Source: Conidiobolus incongruus B7586 | Taxonomy: Eukaryota | Direction of reading: 5' to 3' | Length of the DNA: 38,147 bases | Assembly: GCA_000697335.1 (NCBI GenBank) | Contig: JNEM01006479.1 | Location: 1-38,147 of the forward strand | Notes under the pieces: model-generated | What the model was told of the DNA's origin: nothing | Databases searched by the model: none | The model's input: only the letters and a program-made list of their open reading frames with translations | Shown: positions 12,839 through 25,224 of the stretch, one piece after another | Layout of the letters: each line of letters opens with the position of its first letter | Position numbering within the stretch: position 1 is the first letter of the stretch | Program-made: the position numbers and the translations under genes

Positions 12839-12886
12839 TCTCGTTGAGACTTTAAAATTCAATCGTGTTTTTTAATTTTAATCACT

Positions 12887-14230
12887 ATGGATTTCAATAA
12901 TAATGACATTAGTTTCACACTAAAAGAAACCATAAAACTATTAAACGAAGTTTTCAGCCTACTTGCTGGTAAATCTTTATCAGCTATACGTTGGAAAACA
13001 AATTTGTTATTCAGTATTCCAAATCTTGGAGTATTTCCCAAAACGGAGACGGTACCTGTATACTTTAGACAATTGGCTCACAAAATGATAAAGAATTACA
13101 GTTTGAGAGTTTATGGAGAGTTTCCAGGAATTCAGAATGAGGATTACAGGAATTTGGAGCCGATTAAGATGAAAGTGTTCAGGAATGAAGGTTCTAACAA
13201 GATATTTTATTTTATACATGGCGGAGGCTTTTTTTTCGGCAGGCCCGATAGTTATTTGAAAGTTTTGCAAGATTTGTCAAAGAGTGGAGATTCAAATGTA
13301 GCTGCCATCGAATATAGGAAAATTCCTGAAAATACTATATTCGAATCATTCAAAGATGCATTGGCAGGTTATCTATATTTAGTTGGGCCAATTGGATTAG
13401 GTGGAAAAGGTTTGAGTGCCTCTGATGTAGTCATCGGTGGAGACAGTGCTGGTGGAGGTATGACTGCGATGATCGCCCACTTTCTTCGCAATACCAATCA
13501 ACCTCAGCCTGCGGGTGCTGTCATGTGGTCACCTAATTTCGATTTGACTAGCTCTCAGCCTAGCGAGTATATTATGGGTGACAAATGCATCATCCCAGGG
13601 CCATTGCCCCAGCCCATTATCGACAAAAACCTGAAAATTTATACAAAATTCTGGTCTTTACCCTACCGGGGGACAGATAAACAAACTCGCAATCAATTGG
13701 CTATTGATGGATCACTATTTGGTCCTAAGCGCATTACATATTGGCCAATGTTGAGTCCTATGTTCGACCCAGATTTATCAGGCCTCCCACCCATGCTGAT
13801 AATGAACGGCGAGAATGACTCGTTCCGAGATTCCGGAATTGTATACGCAAAAAGATTATTTCAGCAGAACACTCAATCTAAAAGCATTCTTCCCAAAATG
13901 ACCGTTCAGATCTATAGTGGACAACCTCACGACTTTGTTATAGTTCCATTTTCAACATTCAGCGACCTTTCTATCCAACGGGCTGCAAATTTTATTAAGG
14001 CAGCACATTCTCCTCCGAAGGCCATTCCACCACCGTACACCATTCAAGATTATATCACAACGTCCAAATTCGGAAAAGTTCCAGAATTGGCGAAGGATCG
14101 ATTTCAAGCTTACTACCAAGCTGAAAATCGAGTTCCCACTCCTTTCGATCCTACTTATCAGCAGAATCCTTTTCCCATTTGGAATTGGGAAGGTCACAAT
14201 TATTTTGTCAATACGACTTTACTTATATAA
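12887..14230 (+). CDS. HSL-family alpha/beta hydrolase (Abhydrolase_3-type esterase/lipase), 447 aa
   Basis: Oxyanion motif HGGGF, EYRKIPE, nucleophile GDSAGG, likely catalytic Asp in GENDSFRD and His in QPHDF. Intronless. Confidence 0.95.
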   Translation: MDFNNNDISFTLKETIKLLNEVFSLLAGKSLSAIRWKTNLLFSIPNLGVFPKTETVPVYFRQLAHKMIKNYSLRVYGEFPGIQNEDYRNLEPIKMKVFRNEGSNKIFYFIHGGGFFFGRPDSYLKVLQDLSKSGDSNVAAIEYRKIPENTIFESFKDALAGYLYLVGPIGLGGKGLSASDVVIGGDSAGGGMTAMIAHFLRNTNQPQPAGAVMWSPNFDLTSSQPSEYIMGDKCIIPGPLPQPIIDKNLKIYTKFWSLPYRGTDKQTRNQLAIDGSLFGPKRITYWPMLSPMFDPDLSGLPPMLIMNGENDSFRDSGIVYAKRLFQQNTQSKSILPKMTVQIYSGQPHDFVIVPFSTFSDLSIQRAANFIKAAHSPPKAIPPPYTIQDYITTSKFGKVPELAKDRFQAYYQAENRVPTPFDPTYQQNPFPIWNWEGHNYFVNTTLLI

Positions 14231-17200
14231 TTCTAACTTAAAATACTGTGAATAAATCAGAACAAATTCCAATAGCAATCTATCAGAAACGAAATTATAA
14301 ACCAATAAGTGCTTCTATTACAGTTACAATCATTATAATCTTAAATTAGTAATTGACATCTGCAATTTGTTTAATTTAGTTTATCACGTAAATCAAAATA
14401 ATCTACACATTAATTTGCGTGAAATGGATATCAAACAGTACATAATTATGTAACCATTAAAATAGACAAATTGATGGTAAATTGTTTGGGAATTGAAGGT
14501 GATTTTAGAAATTGATTTAACATTCCAAAGATGATTGGGTTGTAAGAGTCATTCAATCAAGAATAATATTCGTTGCATGAATTATACCTTTTATTGATAT
14601 AACCTCTTTTGATATTATTGTTTTTTAGTAAATGACCAAATTAATAAATGACAATAGAAGGTACTTGTAGGTTATAATTTATACTTTCATCAATATAATT
14701 AAAATGATTGTATTTTGCAGAATTAATAAATGCTATAATAATTGAAAAATACGTATGAGAAATTTTGATCTAAACCTTCTTAACTAAAATAGAATTATCT
14801 TTTACCAGATTACAAGCTTTGAAATAATTGAAATTTATTTTCTGTTTTAATTATGAATCATTATCACTGTTAGATAGATATCTTATTATAAAATTTTTCA
14901 ATTTGATTAAGAAAATAATATTTCAATAATAAATATTTTATTCCCTCGGGTAAAAAATTTTAAATATCAGCGATTGTTTACTCCTTTTGGTGGATTGATT
15001 TATCACAATAATCATTTGTTTTGTTTAATGAGCACTTGAATATGCTAAATGTCAGAATTGAGTGCAAATGATCCATTTTAAAATAATAATGAAATTGCGA
15101 AATTTATAAAAAAATTCAAAAATACAACACCACCAAATATTTATTCTCTCACATATTACGATCTAGAGTGCAATTGGTTTACTATATTTAGAACAATAAA
15201 ATCATTGAAAAAATACTTGTATTGTAGATATTTAATATTTTAGGACAATGACCCCTGGGCATGTGCTGGAATTTTGTCCATACTGATATTTTATATTGAA
15301 ATTTAGCTATTCCTATTGGTAATGCTTTTCGATTTCTTTTTTATGCCCAAAAATCTGTGGAAGTGAAATATGATTAAATATCTGCATAAAATGGATCCGA
15401 GTGTTTTTACAAATAACATGAGTTTAATATTTTAAAATAATCTTTATTATTGAAATTATAATATGATTGAAATTCATAATCTAAAAGTAATATAGCAGTT
15501 GTTAGAAAATTATATCAATAAATTTAAATTTTCAATGTATTACAATAATGAATTCATCAATTATATTAATAAATCAAAGCCTAGAACTTAATAGTATTTT
15601 ATTTGATTTTTTAACATAATTTGAAATATGATTTATAAATCCATAGAATTAGAATATACAATAAATTTTTCAATACATAAAATTCAATATAAATATAAAA
15701 TCATTTTGTTCAAGCTTATAAATACCAACAAAGCAATCATATCATGGATTATAATTTTTTAAATTAATAGTTTGAAAATATCTGATTATTTTCTTAACTA
15801 AATAAATACATAAAAATTTATCAATTCCATTCAATCTGATCATTCAATTTAATAAAAACACTTTAAATTATAAGGATTTTTAAGGTCTATCAAGGCTTTA
15901 TAACCTAGTATTAAAACTAGAAAAAATTATAATGTTGATTATAGAATTCATAATAAATTAGTTGTTTTTAAAAAAGTTTATATTAAATCATAAATCTTAA
16001 AACTCATATTTGAGTGAAATCAATATTCCTACAATCCCATATTATTTTTAGTTATTTCACCTTATGCCATAAAAATATTAATTACATAAATTCGAATGCT
16101 GTCATGTTAAAAATCAATCATATGATAATTGGTTTCATCTATTTATTCGAGCTATATATTACTTTTTCAAGGAAATTAAAATGCTTTTCATTTTCAAACA
16201 AAAGTTTCATAACAAAAATTTAAGATTTACACTCTTTAATCATCTAATCAACTATTGACATACATATAGCATTCAAATACTTTATTTTGAAGAATATTAA
16301 ACAAATAATTGGTAACCAAACTAATTATTAATATACTCGATATCTTTACTACCATTTTATTGATATCTGATCTGATTTTGATTTGATTTATTCATAATTT
16401 ATATCGATTAGTTCATTATTTAAAATTCCTTCTCATATTAAAATTATCCCAAAACTAGTGCGACAGATATTTATTTGAGAGAAGCTTTTATGTATTATAA
16501 TAATTGGGTGACTAGAAATATAATTTCTTATATTTTAATTAAATTAATGATTTTTGCTTTTAATTTATTTTGGTTACTGAATATACTCAAAATCGAAATA
16601 ATATCTGTATTTAAGTTGAATCGCTACATTTAATAGCAAATGAAGCATTATTTAATATACCACTAAGATAATTAATGTAAAACCATAAAATTTAGGTACA
16701 CTTCTACTTTAAATTGATTGCCTTGCAATTGATTTTTATCATGACCACACTCACTTATTATTAACGTTGAGTGTCATCAAGTAGCCAGAGAATTCTGAAT
16801 TGAATGTAGACTATTAAATTTATTTGAATTATTATTCGAAGCATTAATTTGAATATTTTATATATTTGAACTGGATTCATTGATAATTAGATAATAATAA
16901 TATAATTATTTAAAAATTTATTTACGTGGAAATTTATAACTTTGGATAACCATTTTAAACATGTTTAAGTTAATAGTAATTATAAAGCTTTTAGGCTTTC
17001 CTATTAATTTTAATAATTATTTCTAAATCCTTAGCATTCAAACATAAAATCATTGCCTCGAGATTCAATTAAGTAAAATTATAAATATTGTAATATATAA
17101 TCATTTTTATATCAATAATCCAAATTTCGCTATATGTTTAATTTTAGTCTAACACAAGCAGACTGAAATAAATCCATATCCAATTATTTATAAAGAATTT

Positions 17201-17717
17201 TGATATTCAAAGAATTCCTTAAAGTTAAAGCAAAAATGTATCTTAACATATATTCAAAAATTCACATTATAGACTCTGACAAATACTGGAATTTATTTTA
17301 ATAAAAAAGAATATATGTTGGTGATATTGTATTTGAATTATTAATACAATTGCGAAATAAAATAGTATATCTAATATAATTCACCAATACTAGTGCATGA
17401 TTTCATTTAAATAAATACAAAATTTAATTAAAAATTTCAAATTATACCATTAATTGAAAACTGAAGATAGTACGATTAATTTAAATCAACTTAAGAAATC
17501 ATCATAATTCGAATTGTAACATAATTATATCAGCATAATATTATTTTAATTGAAAGAATTCCATTAGTATATAAACCCATCATCAACTCACACAAGTGTT
17601 TTTATATAATTAACAAGTTATGTGAATGATCTGCATATCGGTGACAGTTTGAAAACATATATATACATGACACCACAAGCATTACTGAATACAAGATCAA
17701 ACAAATTAAGTAAAATT

Positions 17718-19073
17718 ATGAATATTGAACTAAACAATAAGAATAATTTATTATTTCAAGGTGTGGTAAAATTAATAAGTACCAGCATTAAACTGGGAGT
17801 TGGTATGCCTTTAAATATGTTACGACTAATGGTAAAATTGGGGATAACACCAGTCAATATTGTTACAAATCCAAAAACTGAAATAATTCCAAAATATTTC
17901 AGACAATTAGCTCATAATATGGTTAAGAACTATAGTTTGAAGGTGTATAAGCAATATCCAGGAGTTCAAGATGAGGATTTTAATAATTTAGATCCCATTA
18001 GGATAAAATATTTAGATTATGAGGGGAATAATGATAACAGTAAAATCTTTTATTTCATTCATGGCGGCGGATTTTTTATTGGAGACTCGGAATATTTCTT
18101 TAGGCCTTTAAATGATTTGGCAAAGAGAACAAATTTAACTATTGCAGCGGTAGAGTATCGTAAAATTCCTGAAAACTCTGTAGTCACATGTTTTGAAGAT
18201 GCTCTTTCCGGATATCTTTATCTAGTGGGATCCACTGAAAAAGGTGGAAAGGGTCTAAGATCATCCGATATTGTAGTTGGTGGTGATAGTGCTGGTGGTG
18301 GTATAAGCGTGATGATCTCTCACTTTCTTCGCAATACTTACCAACCTCAAGTTGCAGGTGCCCTCCTTTGGTCGCCCAATCTTGATTTAACTAGTTCACA
18401 GCCCTGTGAGATAATCATGGGTTATAAGTGTATTATTCCAGGTGCATTACCCAAACCAATTATGGACAGAGATATTACAATTAAAGCACAAATTTGGGCA
18501 ATACCATATCTAGGAAGCAATTCTAAACTACGAAATCGAATCGCACAAGATGGGTCTCTCTTTGGACCCAAACTCATAACATACTGGCCAATGCTGAGCC
18601 CGATGTTGGATCCGGATCTTTCTGGACTGCCTCCCACCTTGATAATCAATGGGGAAACTGATTCATTTCGAGATTATGGAGTAATTTATGCAAGGCGAAT
18701 GTTTGAGCAAAAAGTCAAATCCAACGGCCTTCTTCCACCGATGACACTTCAAATCTATGAGGAGCAACCTCATGATTTTGTAGTTGTTCCATTTTCACCT
18801 TTTTATGATCTTTCTATTGAACGTGCAGCCAATTTTATTAAAGTCGCTCTTTCTCCTCCCACATCTATTAAGTCACATTATACCATTCAAGATTCAATCA
18901 CTGCGTCCAAATTTGGCAAGGTCCCTGAATTATCTAAGAATAATTTTCAAGCGTATTTTCAATCAGTAAATACTCTTCCCAAGCCTTACAATCCCCCATA
19001 TCAGCAAAATCCTTTCCCAGTATGGGATTGGACTGGTCAAAACTATTTTGTCAATTGGACTTTACTTGTTTGA
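17718..19073 (+). CDS. HSL-family alpha/beta hydrolase paralogue 2, 451 aa
   Basis: HGGGF, GDSAGG, GETDSFRD, QPHDF. ATG 17718 is preferred over GTG 17622 and ATG 17667 because it gives 1356 nt, the same as paralogue 3, and aligns with the other N-termini. Confidence 0.93.
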   Translation: MNIELNNKNNLLFQGVVKLISTSIKLGVGMPLNMLRLMVKLGITPVNIVTNPKTEIIPKYFRQLAHNMVKNYSLKVYKQYPGVQDEDFNNLDPIRIKYLDYEGNNDNSKIFYFIHGGGFFIGDSEYFFRPLNDLAKRTNLTIAAVEYRKIPENSVVTCFEDALSGYLYLVGSTEKGGKGLRSSDIVVGGDSAGGGISVMISHFLRNTYQPQVAGALLWSPNLDLTSSQPCEIIMGYKCIIPGALPKPIMDRDITIKAQIWAIPYLGSNSKLRNRIAQDGSLFGPKLITYWPMLSPMLDPDLSGLPPTLIINGETDSFRDYGVIYARRMFEQKVKSNGLLPPMTLQIYEEQPHDFVVVPFSPFYDLSIERAANFIKVALSPPTSIKSHYTIQDSITASKFGKVPELSKNNFQAYFQSVNTLPKPYNPPYQQNPFPVWDWTGQNYFVNWTLLV

Positions 19074-20056
19074 TATTTAAGTCATATAATTTTACAGATC
19101 TTTAAATGTTCTATTATCTTTTTTCAATTACCTTCGATAAATATTTTGATATGTTGCAAACTATATATTATAATGATTATTAAAATGATATGTAGAATTT
19201 GTAAAATTTGATCTGGTTTTATTATTAGAAAATCTATTAATTAAAATGTACTTTATTTATTATTTATAGATTACAACTCAAACGGCTCAAGCCCGTCAAA
19301 TATTCATTCGTGTTTAAGTGATGTATCTTTGTTACGAAGTTCTGAAGAATCATTACCTATTACTCCATTGCGAAATTCTACAGGTTGATTACCTTCCAAT
19401 TTTTTAATAAAATAGCATTTTTTAAGGTAAGGGTCAATTCCAAACTCATATGATTTATTATTCTCAAATATAACTTTATAATTAAAAATTTCCAGGAATT
19501 TTTTGTTGCTACATTTCTTAAAACACCTCCCTTGGAAGCAGATTTCAATTCCAATTCATTTGGGATTTAAACTTCGGTTTGTTAACTAATGTGAGAAATT
19601 TAAGCAAATGAAGATTTTGAGCAAGACCATAGTAAACCAAATATAGCATTTTCAATGATATAAATATTATCATAAAATTCAGAACAAGCAATAACAGTTA
19701 ACAATAATATAGCCAAAGGAATTTATATTGAAAAATGTTATATCAAATAGTCATTTAATTGCCAAATAGAAACTATAATCAAAGCCTAAATAAATAACCT
19801 CAAAATACTAGAATTCAAGATATATAATATAACAATATTTAAATATTTATATTACCAATGTGAAATATAATTAAAATTAGCATCAACTTCCTATCCTAGT
19901 AATGCTGATTTTGTTTGTAAATATCTTACAAATTTTAGTATATATATATAATATAGGAATGTATAATTAAATATCCAAATTTTTTGAGTGAAACGTGAAG
20001 TTTGCATTGCTTTTGACGTAATTAAATTTGGGAATAAAGTGGCTGATCTTGGAAGT

Positions 20057-20381
20057 TGTGATATGGTATAACTTTTGGTTAAAATATTTAGTTAGTGTTA
20101 TTTTGGGATTTAAAAAACTCTGTATATCTGTGAGTTTATTTTTTTTATTACTTATTTTGATAAAAATAAACTGTATTGTGTATTAATATGGCCATAACAA
20201 TATTTGTTTTTAGAGTAGCGTGGGAAGGGCTAAAGGATTATATAAGCGTCTTCGAAGTAACTTTAATGATGAAGTAGAAGATTGGTTAATTAGCAAGGTA
20301 ATTATGAGGTTATACAGACATCTGATAATTGCAAGCCCAAAGTTAGATAGATAAAAAGAGTTTGGCTGCAACGGTGTGACA
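20057..20381 (-). mobile_element. Candidate solo LTR
   Basis: The minus strand reads TGTCAC...TATATAA (20244-20238)...AATAAA (20140-20135)...TATCACA, the same 3' heptamer as the 11.5-kb island. No target-site duplication seen. Confidence 0.45.
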
Positions 20382-20956
20382 TTTGAGTTGAAGTAATTTC
20401 ATGATTGATTATAATAACATGATATATCGATGATGATTATACAAAAGTTTATTATTCATATAATGATATTTATGAATAAATTTCCAAATAAAATGTTAAG
20501 TTACGCTATATTAGCCTTGAAAATTTGTTGTTCCATCATTGGATTTGAAATATAGTAAAGTATCTATTTTGTAAATAATAATATTGATATTAGAATAATA
20601 AATTTAATAAATGAATAATAGTTTTAAAAGAGCTAATACTGTGATTATTATAAAAATTTTAGTATTTTTAATTGTTTTAATAATATTTAGCAATTATGGA
20701 ATATAATATGGATTTGATTCTTCAAAAGACAAAAATATTAAACTATCAAAGCATCAATAACATTTGATTTCAATTGAATCTAACATTATAAACTTTAGCC
20801 ATATTATGTTTTATAATAAGTTTTTTAAATATAATTGTTAGGAAAGTATTTGTAATATGATTTAATAAATTATTTATTAATCTTTCTCTTTAACATATCA
20901 AGACTATATGTTTTAAAACATTTTGTTAAGATGTTATAGCAGAATATTTAGAAAAT

Positions 20957-21745
20957 CCCCTTTTCTATCTTTATCACTTCTGTGTTTCAATAGTTGATTC
21001 AATGAATGATGTAAGATTTGGTTAAAATCTGACAAAGATAATAAAGAGAACAAAGGTTACCCTTAATTATAGACTGACAAAGCCATTTTAAATAAGGGAT
21101 AATATCAAATTAACTATAAAATTAAGATAAACAGGTATTTTCAAAATACAATAGTCCAAATAATATATAAGAAAATCAAATTCTATTATATTTTCTATTA
21201 GTTATATTAAAATATTTATTTATTTAAAATTTAAATATTATATACTATAGATATATAATATGATGTTTTCTTTAAATTATAATATAGATTATATAATATT
21301 AACTTTTTTGAATAATATTTAATCAAAAGGTAAAATATTTCAATATTAGATTTTATAGCTCATTTTTTAGTTATTATGTATTGAAACTTATATTGTGATT
21401 TATAAAGTTTTGTAAATAAAAATCATTGTTAGAAAAGTACTTGTAATATAATTAAGTATATTATTTATTGATCTTGCACTCTAGTATATTGGGATTATAA
21501 GTCTTAAAGTTTATTTTCTGTTGAGACACTATAGCAGGATATTTAAATAATCTTCCTTTTCCCTTTATTACTCCTGGGTTTAAATGGTTCATTCAATGAA
21601 TAACACAGGGTTTGGCTAAAATCTAACAGAGAGAACAAATAAAGCAAAGAATATCCTTTAATTATAGACTAAAAAAACCAACTCAAATTAGAAATGATAT
21701 TGGCTTAACTAACAAATCAAGATAGATAGATATTTTTGAAAACCA
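20957..21745 (+). repeat. Two diverged ~190-bp direct repeats (~20957-21150 and ~21553-21745), possibly DDE-transposase fragments
   Basis: Shared blocks include ATTCAATGAAT, TTTGG(T/C)TAAAATCT and TTAATTATAGACT. Translations LPLIID*QSHFK...VFSKYNSP and LIID*KNQLK...IFLKTNTY loosely resemble a DDE second-Asp region. Confidence 0.7.
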
Positions 21746-22488
21746 ACACGTATTTTTCATATGTTATATATTTTTGATATATATTAAAATGAAAAATTGT
21801 TGAATTCAAGCCAAAAATTATAAAAAGGATAATTTAAATTAGTAAAACTAAATTAAGTATATATATATATCACAGAATTTTCTTTAAAAATTGAACAATA
21901 TTATAAAACAAAAAAGCCAGAATAATCAAAATTACTAATAAATATATTACTTTTAATCAGGAGTTAAATGCTTTCCAAATTTAAATATTTAATAAAGATT
22001 TGAGAAAATGCTTAACCATAGAGCATATAATGAAAATATAGAATAAAACAATTGATTATTATAAATTATAATACCTTCATATGCCTAAAATAAAAATTGG
22101 CTCATAATAAGTTGAAAATAGAATTGTTAAAGTGTTAAAATGATTTCGATTTTTAAATATATTTAAAATTAAATCGAAAATATGTTAATGTTGTAGCTAA
22201 ATACTAGGGCATTTTTCAATGTATATCTAGCGTATAATTATGATAATATATGAGTAATTACTATTAGTCTGGTATTATTAATGGTAATACGTATAACAAT
22301 CAAAAATGTATTTAAATTATCAATATTAAATAATGCTTATTTGGATAGATAATGGCTCAGGTTTTAAATTGAAATGGAATCAATTGGTCAAAACCATTCA
22401 AATTAATATAAATCAACTACCAGTAATGACAAAATATATGTAAATATCATAAGTATATAATATATGTTATAATTCATTATATTGAAAT

Positions 22489-23844
22489 ATGTTTTGGTGG
22501 TCGGAAAGTCCCAATAGTTTTTTATTTCGTCAATTGATCAAATTTATCAATCATAGTATTTCAACTTTAATTGGTTTACCATTATCTGTATTGAGAACCT
22601 CATTGAATACCGCTTTATATGCTTATAGTTTTATTATTAGTTCCAAAGATGAAGTTGTCCCTATCTACTTCCGGAAGCTTGCACATAAAATGGTTAAAAA
22701 CTATTGTCTAATGGTCTATAAAGACTATCCTGGGGTTCAGGATGAGGATTATGATAATATGGATCCAATATACTTGAAGTATCCAAATTATCAAGATAAT
22801 CTACAAAATAAAAAATTTCTTTATTTTATTCATGGAGGTGGATTTTTCATCGGTAAACCAGAAATTATTTTTGGACTTTTAAATGAACTGGCAAAGAGCG
22901 CTGAATCTGTTAGTGCTGCTATTGAATATCGTAAAATCCCTGAAAATTCAATCTTTTCATGTTTAGAAGATTCCCTTGCAGGCTATCTATACCTCGTGGG
23001 ATCAATTGAAAAGGGCGGGAAGGGTGTCAAATCATCTAATATTGTCATTAGTGGCGATAGTGCGGGTGGTGGCTTAGCTGCAATGATTTGCCATTTCCTT
23101 CGTAATACCCATCAGCCACTTCCTGCAGGTAATGTCATGTTATCGCCAAATCTAGATTTAACATTTTCTCAGCCTAGCGAACTAATAATGGGTGAAAAGT
23201 GTATCATTCCAGGACCTCTACCTACCCCAATTATTGACAGGAATTTAACAATTACAGCCCAAATCTGGTCCGCACCTTACCTTGGTACAGATGACGAAAC
23301 TCGAAATAGGATGGCTAAGGATGGATCAATATTCGGTCCTAAGCGGATAACATACTGGCCATTACTGAGTCCGATGCTTGATCCAGATCTGTCAGGGTTA
23401 CCACCCACCTTAATAATCAATGGAGAAACGGATTCATTTAGAGATTATGGGATTATTTACGCCAGACAAATGTTCAAACAAAAAATTCCAGAGAAAGGAA
23501 TAATACCACCAATGACTCTTCAAATCTATGAGGAGCAACCTCATGATTTTACAATTCTACCACTTTCACCCTTCCATGATCTTGCTATAGAACGTGCTGC
23601 CAATTTTATCAAGGCTGCACATTTCCCTCCAAAATTTATACCACAACCATATACTATTCAAGACAGCATTACAGCTTCAAAATTCGGAAAAGTGCCTGAG
23701 TTATCTAAAAATAAGTTTGAAGCCTACTTCCAAGCAGCAGATACACTCCCAAAGCCTTACGAACCATTATATCCACACAATCCAGTAAAAGTATGGGATT
23801 GGAGTGGAACAAACTATTTCGTCAATTGGACACTTTTAATCTGA
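22489..23844 (+). CDS. HSL-family alpha/beta hydrolase paralogue 3, 451 aa
   Basis: HGGGF, GDSAGG, GETDSFRD, QPHDF and the conserved C-terminus NYFVNWTLLI. Confidence 0.95.
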   Translation: MFWWSESPNSFLFRQLIKFINHSISTLIGLPLSVLRTSLNTALYAYSFIISSKDEVVPIYFRKLAHKMVKNYCLMVYKDYPGVQDEDYDNMDPIYLKYPNYQDNLQNKKFLYFIHGGGFFIGKPEIIFGLLNELAKSAESVSAAIEYRKIPENSIFSCLEDSLAGYLYLVGSIEKGGKGVKSSNIVISGDSAGGGLAAMICHFLRNTHQPLPAGNVMLSPNLDLTFSQPSELIMGEKCIIPGPLPTPIIDRNLTITAQIWSAPYLGTDDETRNRMAKDGSIFGPKRITYWPLLSPMLDPDLSGLPPTLIINGETDSFRDYGIIYARQMFKQKIPEKGIIPPMTLQIYEEQPHDFTILPLSPFHDLAIERAANFIKAAHFPPKFIPQPYTIQDSITASKFGKVPELSKNKFEAYFQAADTLPKPYEPLYPHNPVKVWDWSGTNYFVNWTLLI

Positions 23845-24094
23845 ATTATACGTCCATATAAAATAATATTTTACAGATTTGACTCTAAAAATTAGTTCAA
23901 AAAAATAAATTTTCCAATAACAGTATTATTTAATGAATTTAAATTGATATAGCTGAATGATCTATGAATTTCAAATTTCTGAACTAATTAAGTATCAATG
24001 GATATATATTTTACACACTATTATTGTTTTAATATTGTTATATAGACAAATTGTGGAAGCCTTAGAAATTTAAACTATATTGAATATATGGCAG

Positions 24095-24602
24095 TGTTGT
24101 CGACTTGGCAACTCATTGGATCACCCTAGACTGGCGAGAATCATTCTCCAGAACCAGCTGACATGATGGTTTTGAGCTCATACTGTTCATGGGATTGACG
24201 CTATGGGTTCCATGACGATAAATGCACTTATGGACCCATAGCTGTCGATAAAAGAGCGTAGTCTATTACAAAAGGAAAAGATCTCCTTTTTCTTTGTTGA
24301 AATCTCGACCGAGGCTCGGTTCTCCAACTATTGCTCAAACACTAAATTTCAATAAGAACTATCATTAAGACTAGCAAGAGTCAACTTATCAATTTTACCA
24401 AAATTAGACGGAATGATTTCAGGCCAACTTATCATCATGAACCTCAGAATAGTAGCTTATTTCTCAAATTTGCGTACCATGTTCATTAATCTGCTAGTCA
24501 TATTTGCTCATCGACTTGTTAGGCTTTACCTAGAAGCAATTTCCTCTTCCAGAATCATTGAGTTAACCACGTGACCCTTGCCAAAATAGTAATCACGTGA
24601 CA
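24095..24602. mobile_element. GC-rich TG...CA-bounded island with several hairpins (solo-LTR-like)
   Basis: Begins TGTTGTCG and ends CACGTGACA. Hairpins at 24131-24151, 24194-24249, 24270-24290 and 24308-24320. Two CACGTGAC motifs at 24568 and 24594. No TSD. Confidence 0.4.
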
Positions 24603-25224
24603 CTTCAAATTTTGTTCCATTAAAAAATTCAATTTAACTCTGCCATTAAAATACCAAAAATTAGTTTCATTTCTTTTCAAGATGTTTGAACTCTAATTGA
24701 AATCAGGAATGAATGTATAATAATTATAAAATATAAATGTGAATATATTATAAAATACATTTCCAAAAAAAAATAAAAGGCTGAACACTAAATTATCAAA
24801 ATGGTTCTTTATATATAATTTTAGTTTTTCATTAATATGTTATAAATCAATTTGAAGACTACTCTTTCATAATTCTGAATAAGTTTGAAACTTGATCATT
24901 TATGATCTGCTTTTCAAGTCAAATATATTAAAAGTGTCAATATGAATGAGTAGAAAATCTCTTGCGGAGTTTAGGTTATTTCAATACTCAAACAATAACC
25001 AACCCTGGATTATTTATTAACCCAAAATGCATTAAAAGTTTTATATACTTTATAAATCATCGGTAAAGATATTTTCTAAATTTTCATTATTGATTAAAGA
25101 TTACAAATATTCAATAGTATCATTCTGTCCTTGAAAAAATGGATTATTCCCAATTTGAAATTCATTTTTCATTGATTCGATTAAAATACATAAATCTTCT
25201 AAGTTGTGAATCAAACTAATATCA

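Noticed and set aside
16014..16223. Short AT-rich ORFs (also 10262, 29341, 34519, 37641)
   Set aside because: Their Ile/Asn/Phe/Tyr/Lys composition is typical of chance frames in AT-rich DNA. The 37641 ORF is antisense to the Tc1 relic.
17622..17717. GTG-initiated N-terminal extension of esterase 2
   Set aside because: The context is eukaryotic, and ATG 17718 matches paralogue length and alignment.
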